This document shows, piece by piece, positions 24,261 through 36,015 of a DNA stretch of 64,000 nt; the stretch's first letter is position 1; every line of letters starts with the position of its first letter. Below the pieces are notes generated by a model that had not been told where the DNA came from, made no database searches, and worked only from the letters and a program-made list of their open reading frames with translations. The stretch spans positions 4,960,001 through 5,024,000 of the forward strand of contig NW_027361982.1 of the NCBI RefSeq assembly GCF_039654945.1, read 5' to 3'. The translations under genes were made by a program, and so were the position numbers. Source of the stretch: Dendrobates tinctorius. Taxonomy: Eukaryota.

Positions 24261-24952
24261 CACATTATATATAATAATTTCTGCTTTTTGATATTCCAGT
24301 CAATGACATCATTTCGTAGAAGAGTGTACAGCCGACAAGTCATCGGAGCATCTCAACTGGACATGATATGATAGTGTAATAGTTCCCATTTTCTTGTTAG
24401 TATTTTCATATATTTATAAGAAGTTCTGAGTTGGCATCGGCGATTTTTCCATTATCTTTTGTTTCTAAACCACGATGTTGTCGTTACTAATCCTCGTACA
24501 TTGAGCCCCCCAAGTAGTTAAGAATACACGTGAAGGTTGATTTTATAGACTAGATGCAATTGTAGCAAACCCTCTGGATCTATCAAATTTGTTTCTGTTC
24601 ACTGACGACATTCATAGATCATAAAATGGTTATCTTTATTAAGTTGCAAAACTTTTCATTTTATATATTTGTTTATAATATATCTCTATATGTACAGTAC
24701 TATTTGGCCATAATTATATAAAGTCTGTTTGTAGCAAAGTCAACACTGTGCATCACCAAAAGACCCCAGTGATGCATGGTGGAGACAGTATTATGCTTTG
24801 GGGCTGTTTTTCGGCAGCTGGAAATGAGGCTTTAGTTAAGTTGGGGGGAATTATGATCAGTTCGAAATATCACTCAGTTTCAGTCAAAATCTTCAGGCCG
24901 CCGTTAGAAAGCTGGAGATAGAGAGGAATTTCAACTTTCAGCATGGCAAATA

Positions 24953-26510
24953 CACTGTGTGCAGATTTATTAGGCAAATGAGTATTTTGATCACATCATC
25001 GTTTTTACACATGTCCTAATGCAAGCTGTATAGGCTTGAAAGCCAACTGCCAATTATGTAAATCAGGTGATTTGCATCTCTGTAATGAGGAGGGGTGTGG
25101 GCTAATGACATCAACACCCTATATAAGGAGTGCTTAATTATTAGGCAACTTCCTTTCCTTTGGCAAAATGGGTCAGAAGAAAGATTTGACAGACTCTGAA
25201 AAGTCAAAAATTCTGAGATGTCTTGCAGAGGGATGCAGCAGTCTTGAAATTGCCAAACTTTTGAAGTGTGGTCACCGAACAATCAAGCGTTTCATGGCAA
25301 ATAGTCAACAGGGTTGCAAGAAGCGTGTTGATAAAAAAAAGGCGCAAAATAACTGCCCATGAATTGAGGAAAATCAAGCGTCAAGCTGCCAAGATGCCAT
25401 TTGCCACCACTTTTGCCATATTTCAGAGCTGCAACGTTACTGGAGTATCAAAAAGCACAAGGTGTGCCACACTCAGGGACATGGCCAAGGTAAGGAAGGT
25501 TGAAAAATGACCACCTTTGAACAAGAAACATAAGATAAAACGTCAAGACTGGGCCAAGAAATATCTTAAGACTGATTTTTCTAAGGCTTTATGGACTGAT
25601 GAAATGAGAGTGACTCTTGATGGGACAGATGGATGGGCCCGAGGCTGGATCAGTAAAGGGCAGAGAGCTCCACTCCAACTCAGACGCCAGCAAGGTGGAG
25701 GTGGGGTACTGGTATGGGCTGGTATTATCAAAGATGAACTTGTGGGACCTTTTCGGGTTGAGGATGGAGTGAAGCTCAACTCCCAGACCTACTGCCAGTT
25801 TCTGGAAGACACCTTCTTCAAGCAGTGGTACAGGAAGAAGTCGGTATCGTTCAAGAAAAACATGATTTTCATGCAGGACAATGCTCCATCACATGCATCC
25901 AAATACTCCACAGCGTGGCTGGGCAGTAAAGATCTAAAAGTAGAAAAAATAATGACATGGCCCCCTTGTTCACCTGATCTGAACCCCATAGAGAACCTGT
26001 GGTCCCTCATAAAATGTGAGATCTACAGGGAGGGAAAACAGTACACCTCTCAGAACAGTGTCAGGGAGGCTGTGGTGGCTGCTGCACGCAATGTTGATCG
26101 CAAACAGATCAAGCAACAGAATCTATGGATGGAAGGCTTTTGAGTGTCATCGTAAAGAAAGGTGGCTATATTGGTCAATGGTCACTGATTTTTTTTGTTT
26201 TTGAACGTCAGAAATGTTTATTTATAATTTTTGTGTTGTTATATTGGTTTACCTGGTGAAAATAAACAAGTGAGATGGGTATATATTTAGTTTTTATTAA
26301 GTTGCCTAATAATTCTGCACAGTAATAGTTACCTGCACAAACAGATATTCTCCTAAGATAGCCAAATCTAAAAAAAAACCCACTCCAACTTCCAAAAATA
26401 TTAAGCTTTGATATTTATGAGTCTTTTGGGTTGGTTGAGAACATAGTTGTTGTTCAATAATAAAAAGAATCCTCTCAAATACAACTTGTCTAATAATTCT
26501 GCAAACAGTG
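24953..26510 (+). mobile_element. Tc1-like element of the DD37E (TRT) type, near full length, nested in an older Tc1 remnant (24745-24950, 26513-26730)
   Basis: TIRs CACTGTGTGCAGATTTATTAGGCAA / TTGTCTAATAATTCTGCAAACAGTG with TA TSD. Transposase starts at 25168 with a frameshift near 25335 and a stop at 25508. Motifs WTDE and QDNAPSH...SPDLNPIE with 37 residues between D and E. Confidence 0.92.
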
Positions 26511-27236
26511 TACTCTAAACAGATCTCCAAAACACCAAAAGACTGGCTTCTCCAGAAGACAATCAAGGTTTTGGGGGAGCCTAGCCAGAGCCAAGACCTG
26601 AATCCAAGTGACAATCTATGGTAATCAGAAGAGGGTGCTATACACAGGAGCTGCCCCCACAATCTGACAGGTGTCGAGCTGCTGCAAGGAAGAGCAACTG
26701 CAGACTGCTGAGTCGTGACAGTGTGCAAATCATGACTCCTCACTCTAAATTCCAGGTGTGCTGGGCAGTCATTTTTTAGCGCAGTAGAGGTATGTTAGCA
26801 TGTGTCTGCAAGTTTGTAAATTCTATAAATGTAGACACATGACTGCCCTGGCATCGTGATAGTCTGTGGAGATCTCTACACTAAATGTGAAAAGGACAGG
26901 CCACACAACACCAGTGCCTCCATCATGTCTGGTGTCTTAATGCATTGACTGTAGTGAGGAACCAACACAGACTTAAGGGCCCGTTACACATAGCAATATC
27001 GCTAGCAATATCGCTGTAACGTCACTGATTTTGTGACGCAGCAGCGATATTGCTAGCGATATCGCTACATGTGATACTTACCTCCGACCGGCTCCCCCGC
27101 TGATTATCGCTGATCGAGCGAGAACGTCCTGGACCATTTCTTGTCGGGCGCTTTCTGCTGGGCTTCCTGTGGCGCCGACGAGCGACGCGTGGACGCGGGC
27201 GGGAGGATGTCAGGATCGCCGCGTCTGACGTCCTAC

Positions 27237-27280
27237 TCCACACTGATGAGGGGCAATACCCCGAAACAGCTGTCTGTGGA
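27237..27280 (+). ncRNA. Type I minimal hammerhead ribozyme, copy 1 (predicted cleavage after GUC at 27274)
   Basis: Stem I TCCACA/TGTGGA, core CTGATGA, stem II GGGG-CAATA-CCCC, GAAA, palindromic stem III ACAGCTGT, GUC triplet. Confidence 0.9.
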
Positions 27281-27493
27281 TGGATACCATGTTTTGGCAT
27301 AGGTGGTTTCCTTCATTGGAGACTGCCCTTCCCGTGGTTGTTCCTTCCCGGGGAAAGACCTGGCTAGTCATTGCTTGCGTTGAGAAACATGTGATGGTGT
27401 CTCCGCAGTGTTGGATGTTGATCTCCATGAGTTCATTCATCCTCATTTTCACAGTCTTCTACTAGGCATTGCTCCTACTGGCCAGTTTCCTAC

Positions 27494-27537
27494 TCCACAC
27501 TGATGAGGGGCAATACCCCGAAACAGCTGTCTGTGGA
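27494..27537 (+). ncRNA. Type I minimal hammerhead ribozyme, copy 2 (predicted cleavage after 27531)
   Basis: Identical to copy 1 and 257 nt downstream within a tandem duplication. Confidence 0.9.
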
Positions 27538-28012
27538 TGGATACCATGTTTGGCATAGGTGGTTTCCTTCATTGGAGACTGCCCTTCCCGTGGTTGTTCC
27601 TTCCCGGGGAAAGACCTGGCTAGTCATTGCTTGCGCTGAGAAACATGTGATGGTGTCTCCGCGGCTTGTGATTTACATGTTTTTACATATTTCCCATAAG
27701 GGATGGGGGCATTGCTCTAGAATCACTGCGTTGAGAAACGTGATGGTGTCTCCGCAGTGTTGGATGTTAATCTCCATGAGTTCATTCATCCTCATTTTTC
27801 ACTGACAGGTAAGTAGCGACCCCCGACCGCTGCTATGTCGCTGGTGAGATCTGCCTGTTTGGCAGCTCACTAGCGACCACTTAGCGATGCACCAGTGATC
27901 CATATCATTGTCAGGATCGCTGGTGCATCGCTAAGTGTAACGGTACCCTTACAGAATTGTTGATAGATCATCAACTTTTGCAACCAGTTAATACAATTGT
28001 CATAGTGGGGAC

Positions 28013-28323
28013 TAGAGTTGAGCGACTTTGGTCGGATCGGGTTTCATGAAACAAAATTTGTTTCAGATGAAACTGGTCCGACTAGGGCAAAAAAAGTCGG
28101 AGTTTCGTCCGAAACCCGACCCCAATGCAAGTCAATGGGGAATATAAGTCGGCATTGAGTGGATGAATGTCATCCGCTCAATGCCGACTTTTATTTCCCA
28201 TTGACTTGCATTGGGGTCAGTTTTCGGACGAGACTCCGGGTTTTTTTGCCTCAGTCGGACCAGTTTCATCTGAAACAAATTTTGTTTCATGAAACCTGAT
28301 CCGACCAAAGTCGCTCAACTCTA
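28013..28323. mobile_element. Palindromic 311-bp hAT MITE
   Basis: TIR TAGAGTTGAGCGAC, near-perfect foldback, 8-bp TSD GTGGGGAC (28005-28012, 28324-28331). Confidence 0.95.
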
Positions 28324-29691
28324 GTGGGGACTAAATGTAGATAATAGGGGCTTCCAACAAGACTCCTCAGAACGGAGATCTGTAATACCAGATAGAGTTT
28401 ACAGTGGTCATCTGCTTATAACATAAAAAGATACAGGTGACAAGCCAGGGTCATATAGACCGATTTCGCTGATAAACCAGGATATAAAAATTCTATAAAA
28501 AATATTGGCGGATACACTTGATGAATTATTACCAGACTTGATCGGCTCACATCAAGTAGGTTTCATAAAAAAGCGGGCAGCAGTATTTAATATTAGAACA
28601 GTATTAGGGGTCCAAGATAGTCTCTATCGGGAAGGGAAAGGGAAGGAAAATTTAACTCTCTTGGCACTAGATGCTGAGAAAGCTTTTGATAACATACAAT
28701 GGGGATGGTTATATAATGTACTGGATAAGTTTGGAATAACAGGGACTTTTAGAAATTATCTTACTGCTTTGTATACTGCACCGCAGGCTTAGATTTACAC
28801 CCCAGGTTTTCTATCTGAGACAATTCACCTGAAAAAGGGAACAAAGCAGGGGTGCCCACTATCACCGTTATTGTTCAACTTAGCCATAGAACCTCTTGCC
28901 CGATTTTTGATTAATTCAGAGTGTTTCGAAGGCATAAAGATGGGCAATGTGGAAGTTAAACTAACATGTTTTGCAGATGATATGCTGTTGTTTATGGCAG
29001 ACCCAGGGAGACACTTGCAGGGATTACTCGATAAATTGACATATTTTGGCTCATTTTCAAGATACAAAATAAATGTAAGTAAATGCCAGCTCTTATATCT
29101 GAAAAAAAATAGTTGATCCTGAGATAACTGCTCTAGTCTCAGTAGTAGAGTTGAGCGATACCGTCCGATACTTCAAAGTATCGTATCGGATGGTATCGGC
29201 CGATCTTTAAAAAAAGTATCGGTATCGCCGATTCCGATACCGGAAGTCCCATTCAAGTCTATGGGACTTCCGGTATCGGAATAAGAAAAACCCTTTCCTG
29301 CCCTTGTACAGCCTCTCTGGGGTCTGTACGGGCCTTTCGGGGGGCTGTGCCGGCCTGCCAGGGGGTCTGTGCAGGCTCCGGTGGTCTGTGCCGGCCTGCC
29401 GGTGGTCTGTGCAGGCTCCGGGGGGCTGTGCCGGCCTGCCGGGGGGCTGTGCCGGCCTGCCGGGGGGCTGTGCCGGCCTGCTGGGGGGCTGTGCAGGCTC
29501 CGGGGGGCTGTGCCGGCCTGCCGGGGGGCTGTGCAGGCTCCGGGGGTCTGTGCAGGCATCGTCCGATGGGACTACAAGTCCCATCGGGCGATGCCTGCTA
29601 CCATGACAGTGATTGACACATTAGCCAATGATGGGACAGTAGTAGTCCCATCATCCGGCTAATGTGTTAAATGTAAAAAAAAAAAAAAAAA

Positions 29692-30140
29692 TTACATGCT
29701 ACATACATACAACATGCATACTACATACATTCTACATTCATACTACATACTACATACATGCTACATTCATACTACATAAATACTACATGCAACATACATA
29801 CTACATATATACTACATGCATGCTACATACATACTGCATGCTACATACATACCACATATATACTACATACATACTACATGCATGCTACATGCATGCTACA
29901 TGCTACATACATAACACATATATACTACATGCATGCTACATACATACTACATGCTACATACTACATATATACTACATGCATGCTACATACTACATGCTAC
30001 ATACATACTACATATATACTACATGCATGCTACATACATACTGCATGCTACATGCATGCTACATACATACTACATGCTACATACATACCACATATATACT
30101 ACATACATACAATACATTCATACAATACATACATAGACAT
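29692..30140 (+). repeat. Compound (TACA/TGC)n microsatellite, left arm of the foldback
   Basis: Read directly from the sequence. Confidence 0.95.
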
Positions 30141-30754
30141 ACAGTACATATAACATAGAGTAACATACTTACCAATACTTGTCACATTGTTCCCCGAAGC
30201 CATTGTCTTTTCCGGAATAAATATTAACATAACAAACCACAAAAATACTCACCCACGATCCGAAGCAGTCCACGAGTGTGTCCCACGACGATCTTGGGTA
30301 GAGAACTGCAGCATCAGCTGTTGCTGCCGTTCTCTACGGGCTGCAGGAATCCAATGACGGAAGGTAGGTATCCTTCCACACTGTATTCCTCCGCCACTTA
30401 AAAAAAAAAAAAGTCCCTAGTCTCACTTTATGCCATTGCTGTGTGGGAAATTCCCACGCAGCAATGGCATAAAGTGAGACTAGGGACTTTTTTTTTTTTA
30501 AGTGGCGGAGGAATACAGTGCGGAAGGATACCTACCTTCCGTCATTGGATTCCTGCAGCCCGTAGAGAACGGCAGCATCATCTGATGCTGCAGTTCTCTA
30601 CCCAAGATCGTCGTGGGACACACTCGTGGACTGCTTCGGATCGTGGGTGAGTATTTTTGTGGTTTGTTATGTTAATATTTATTCCGGAAAAGACAATGGC
30701 TTCGGGGAACAATGTGACAAGTATTGGTAAGTATGTTACTCTATGTTATATGTA

Positions 30755-31673
30755 CTGTATGTCTATGTATGTATTGTATGAATGTATTGTATGTATGTAG
30801 TATATATGTGGTATGTATGTAGCATGTAGTATGTATGTAGTATGTATGTAGCATGCATGTAGCATGTAGTATGTATGTAGCATGCATGTAGTATATATGT
30901 AGTATGTATGTAGCATGCATGTAGTATATATGTAGCATGTATGTAGTATGTATGTAGCATGTAGTATGTATGTAGCATGCATGTAGTATATATGTAGTAT
31001 GTATGTAGCATGTAGTATGTATGTAGTATGTATGTGGTATGTATGTGGTATGTATGTAGCATGTAGTATGTATGTAGCATGCATGTAGTATATATGTAGT
31101 ATGTATGTAGCATGTAGTATGTATGTAGTATGTATGTGGTATGTATGTAGCATGTAGTATGTATGTAGCATGCATGTAGTATATATGTAGTATGTATGTA
31201 GTATGTATGTGGTATGTATGTAGCATGTAGTATGTATGTAGCATGCATGTAGCATGCATGTAGTATGTATGTAGCATGCATGTAGTATGTATGTAGCATG
31301 CATGTAGTATGTATGTAGTATGTATGTAGCATGCAGTATGTATGTAGTATGTATGTAGTATGTATGTAGTATATATGTAGTATGTATGTAGCATGTAGTA
31401 TGTATGTAGCATGCATGTAGTATATATGTAGTATGTATGTAGCATGCATGTAGTATGTATGTAGTATGTATGTAGTATGTATGTAGCATGCAGTATGTAT
31501 GTAGTATATATGTAGTATGTATGTAGCATGCATGTAGTATGTATGTAGCATGTAGTATGTATGTAGCATGCATGTAGTATGTATGTAGCATGTATGTAGT
31601 ATGTATGTAGTATATATGTAGTATGTATGTAGCATGTAGTATGTATGTAGCATGCATGTAGTATGTATGTAGT
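30755..31673 (-). repeat. Compound (TGTA/GCA)n microsatellite, right arm of the foldback
   Basis: Reverse complement of the left-arm satellite, but longer. Confidence 0.95.
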
Positions 31674-34092
31674 ATTTTTTTTTTTTTTTTTTTAACATTT
31701 AACACAATAGCCGGATGATGGGACTACTACTGTCCCATCATTGGCTAATGTGTCAATCACTGTCATGGTAGCAGGCATCGCCCGATGGGACTTGTAGTCC
31801 CATCGGACGATGCTTGCACAGACCCCCGGACATCAGCACAGCCCCCCGGCAGGCCGGCACAGCCCCCCGGCAGGCCGGTACAGACCCCCACAGGGTGCAC
31901 AGACCACCGGCAGGCCGGCACAGCCCCCCGGCAGGCCGGTACAGACCCCGGGCAGTCCACACAGCCCCCCGGCAGGCCGGCACAGCCCCCCGGCAGGCCG
32001 GCAGAGACCCCCGGAAGGCCCGAAATGACGGCGCATCATGATGCGCACACACTGCGCATCATGATGACGTCAGGCCGTCAATCAACTGAACTTCCGATTC
32101 CGATGCCGAATTCCGATATTGAAAAAATATCGGAAGTCGGTATCGGAATTCCGATACAGCAAGTATCGGCCGATACCCGATACTTGCGGTATCGGAATGC
32201 TCAACACTACTCAGTAGCACAGAAACATATAACCTACTTAGGGGGTGAAAATAGGTAGAGATGCTAGATCTCTATATAGATTAAATTATTCTAGTTTAAT
32301 TGAAAAAAATTAAGAATTGGAAAGATGGAGAAATCTAAACCTCTCGTTGTTTGGGAGAATGCACTTGCTAAAAATGGTTAGCTTTGCACGTCTTTTATAC
32401 CCAATGCAGACCATTCCATTACTATTAAAGCACTCTGACACGAAAAAATTACAATCGGCCTTCATTAAGTTTATTTGGCAAGGCAAAAGGCCAAGGATTG
32501 CTTACAGTAAACTGGCTTTGAAAAAAGGTGATGGGGGATTGCAGATGCCCTTGATTAGAATATATAATTTGGCAGCTTTGATGAGACACATTAGAGACTG
32601 GCTACAGGACACATCATATTTTTGCAATCTAGTGCTGGAGAAGAAACTAGCCAGTCCTTTGCACCTCAACACAATCTTACATACAAAATTTGATCATCTA
32701 CCGAACTATGTAAAATAAAGCAGTTTGCTCAGAGACACAATGGGAGCGTGGAAAGCTATTAGGAAACTGTTCAATCTCCCTTTCTGTGTCTCCAAATATT
32801 TGATGATTTGGAAAGACCCAAACTTTTCACAAGGAACACAGAATAAACTTTTTAAGGAATGGAAGGAAAAACGGAATTTGGGTTCTGGGGGATATCTTAC
32901 AACCGGCAGAGGGCAGATTATTGAGTTGGTCGGAATTTTTGGGCAAATTTGGATTACAAAATAATCAATATTTACAATTTCTACAAATCACGACACATTA
33001 CACACATTTGGTGAAAAACCTGGGGAAGGTAGAAAGAATAAACTATTTTGATTCCATGATGGGGCAGAGTACAGACCTGGAATAGCTTTCCAGCATCTAT
33101 GACTATATTCGTGTCCAGATTCAGTCACCATGGTGCTCAAAAATATTTAAAACCTGGTATAAATCTATTCCAGATGAAGACTTAGGTAACAAAATACTGA
33201 TCGGGTGGAAAAAAATAAGAAAGATAATGATTAATGAGCAGAGAGATGCATTATAAACTGATACACCAAGCGATATACGCTTTTAACCTACAATGGTGCA
33301 CCTGCTCACTATCTTACTACTTGTCCAAAATGTAGTCTACACAGGGCCAATTTATTACATGGTTTGTGGGAATGCCCAATTAGTCAAAGACTCTGGGCCA
33401 AGGTACTTAAATACATACAGAGAATCTGGAAGGTTGAGATACCCAAAATTGTACAGGCGTGTGTTTTTCATTTCATTAGCCTGATAAGTGAATCAAATAA
33501 TAAAATATATGGTGCTCCCGATACTGTACATATTGTTCTGCTGGCAGCTAAGAAATGTATCTTGAGACACTGGTTGGTGAAGAAACCACCGAGTGTTTCA
33601 GAACTGATAGATACTATAAAATCCCTAATGCTGATGGACAAAATATATACAGAATCCCAAAAAGAAAAGAATACTGAAAATTTTTTCAAAAACTGGAGGA
33701 CTTTTATTGAATGTAGTTATTCACAAGCAGAGATCAGTTAATTAATGGTAACATTTAAAGGTACAATATGGTACAATCTTGAGGATGTAGCTGGTAACTT
33801 GGGGATCTTGAGGTCATCATATTTGTTTATAGTTTCATCGATAGTTCTGTATATGGTTCGAATGAAGTATTGTTGCAATATTCAAAAGGTTAAATTGAAA
33901 GTGGATGAGAGCAACATTGTATTGTCAAGATATATGCATATCATGTATAGTTTCTAATGTATATTTGATTTCATATACTGTAAGTATGTCAAATCATCTA
34001 ATAAAGAAGTTTAAAAAAAAGAAACAGGTAAAATGTATATTTTGGATGAGGTTTTAGAGTGATCCAATTGTCTTTCCTTTGTATTAGGAAAT

Positions 34093-35037
34093 ATGACATC
34101 GACAGACAACGTAAACCAAACCATAACCACCATCTTTATTATTATGGGCTTCAATTCCATGCGCAGTGTGGAGATTTTACTCTTCTCCCTTTTCTTCAGT
34201 ATGTACATGTTAACACTGGTGGCTCACTTTCTTATTGTGACTCTTGTCCTTCTGGAAGAACAGCTTCACAAGCCAATGTATCTTTTCTTGGCCAATTTCT
34301 CCTTGGTGGAAGTCCTGTATACCACGGTGACTGTACCGAAAATGCTCGATGCCCTACTGACGAGAAACAAAGCAATTTCCGCATCAGCTTGTCTTGTCCA
34401 GTTTTACTTTTTCTTCGCCTTTGGGGCAGCTGAGAACTGCTTTCTTGTAGTCATGGGCTATGACCGGTATGTGGCCATCTGTCGGCCACTGCACTACTCT
34501 ACGGTGATGTCTAAGAGGATGGCTGTAGGGCTAGCCTGTGTACCATGGGTTGTGGGCTTCATAACTGCTGCTTGCCCTGCCCTGTGGATCTCCACTCTCA
34601 CATTCTGCTTCCCGAATGAGATCGACCATTTCTTTTGTGACTATTCTCCTCTTTTGAAGCTTTCATGTGAAGATACATCCAGCGGTGAGTTCACCTTCTC
34701 TGTCATCTCCTGGAGTTTGACCCTCAGCTGCTTCTTTCTTATTTTAATCTCTTACACCTTCATCATTTTGTCTGTTCTTAAGATTCCATCCATAGAGGGG
34801 CAGAATAAAGCTTTCAACACCTGCGCGTCCCACCTCACCGTCGTATTAATCTTTAATGGTACGATAATCTTTATGTACATTCGTCCGAACTCCCACGTCA
34901 GATTCACTCTCGATAAGGTGGTGTCGATCTTCTACTGTGTGGTGACCCCAGTAATGAACCCCATGATATATTGTCTGAGGAACAAAGAGGTGAAGAACGT
35001 CCTGAGAAAAGCATTTCAAAGGCGAGTAATCGTATGA
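34093..35037 (+). CDS. Olfactory receptor (class II, OR6/OR11-like), 314 aa, intact
   Basis: OR motifs LHKPMYLFLANFS, MGYDRYVAICRPLHY, HFFCD..PLLKLSC, KAFNTCASHL and PVMNPMIYCLRNKEVK. N-glycosylation site NQT. Splice acceptor TCTTTCCTTTGTATTAG ends 5 nt upstream of the ATG. Confidence 0.97.
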   Translation: MTSTDNVNQTITTIFIIMGFNSMRSVEILLFSLFFSMYMLTLVAHFLIVTLVLLEEQLHKPMYLFLANFSLVEVLYTTVTVPKMLDALLTRNKAISASACLVQFYFFFAFGAAENCFLVVMGYDRYVAICRPLHYSTVMSKRMAVGLACVPWVVGFITAACPALWISTLTFCFPNEIDHFFCDYSPLLKLSCEDTSSGEFTFSVISWSLTLSCFFLILISYTFIILSVLKIPSIEGQNKAFNTCASHLTVVLIFNGTIIFMYIRPNSHVRFTLDKVVSIFYCVVTPVMNPMIYCLRNKEVKNVLRKAFQRRVIV

Positions 35038-35614
35038 ATAGGAAAAACACTTGGTCGTAGCAGATGAGGAACAGTTACAGTTTAATATCGAAAGCAACAT
35101 CATATTGATTATCCCAAACAAAAGGGGGAAAAAATAATTTTCAACAAATAAGATAATTTTTAATACCTGGAATATACTTTGTGTTTTACAGGATCCGCAA
35201 CTAATACTATGACAGTACTGAAAAATTAGCTTCAGAGTTCGGCTATAGAAAAATTACATGTAATGGGGGTAGATAAAATCTTATAACAATGATTAAAGGT
35301 TTTTTACTAAATGGTCTGCAGAAAAATAAAGATTAGGGTGACATTTACTTACCATATATATCTTTTCCCTTGTGATCTGGGGTGCCTGACAACCATAAGA
35401 TTGGCAGCACATTCGGCTTATATCCTGAAATGGGAGAACTGAGATTTTCTTAGAGCCTTACTTTAAAAAGTAAAAGCTCAACAATTCTGCACTGATAAAA
35501 TTGCATCAACTTATGGAGAAATCAGACTGGGGAACACTTTGGTTAAAACACGTCATAAATTATGAAATCTTTCAGGACTTGACAGCACACAGCTGTTTTT
35601 GGAAGGTGAGCTTG

Positions 35615-36015
35615 AAGAGGTTTTTCCAGTATATTGCTAAGCTATCCCCAGGATAAGGCATTAATATTGGGCCGGTTGGGGTCTGACAACTGGCACTCCC
35701 ACCGATTAGCTTTTATTAGGTCCATCAGTGGTCAGATGTAAACAGCGAAGGGAACCAAAACAGCACAATGTCGTGGCCATTCCAAAATACTGCAACACGG
35801 CCCCTTTTGTGATGACTAGGAGTAGAGCTGCATTACCCTGAAATGACCACTACATGGTGTATTGAGTTGTGCTGTTCTTGCTCCATACATTGTTTACATT
35901 GGGTCACCAATAAAGCTGACCAGTGCGGCTGCTGATTGTTGAACCCCCACTGATCTGATTCTGATGACCTATCCTTTAAGATAAGTTAGCAGAATTGTAG
36001 TAGTGGACAACCCCT
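35615..36015. mobile_element. Old T2-type (TTAA) MITE
   Basis: Degenerate inverted termini AGAGGTTTTTCCA / TGGACAACCCCT followed by TTAA. Confidence 0.6.

Larger units (their letters stand above)
26976..27948. mobile_element. Harbinger-type MITE hosting the hammerhead repeat
   Basis: Termini AGGGCCCGTTACACATAGC / GCTAAGTGTAACGGTACCC, TTA TSD and AGCGAT motifs. Confidence 0.8.
29146..32209. mobile_element. 3-kb foldback non-autonomous hAT element
   Basis: TIRs TAGAGTTGAGC / GCTCAACACTA, 8-bp TSD CTCAGTAG (29138-29145, 32210-32217). Arms are mirrored around ~30450 (GGGAAATTCCC). Confidence 0.95.
28430..34024 (+). mobile_element. 5'-truncated, decayed L1-clade LINE (ORF2 RT to C-terminal zinc knuckle, polyA tail)
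   Basis: SYRPISLIN, QVGFIKKR, LDAEKAFD, GTKQGCPLSPLLFNLAIEPLA, CFADDMLL, FIWQGKRPRI, CPKC..HGLWEC. AATAAA at 34000-34005 and A-tail at ~34013-34024. Interrupted by 29146-32209. Confidence 0.92.

Noticed and set aside
29664-31705. Long His/Tyr/Thr-rich ORFs (up to 319 aa)
   Set aside because: Translations of the TACA-type microsatellite, open in several frames.
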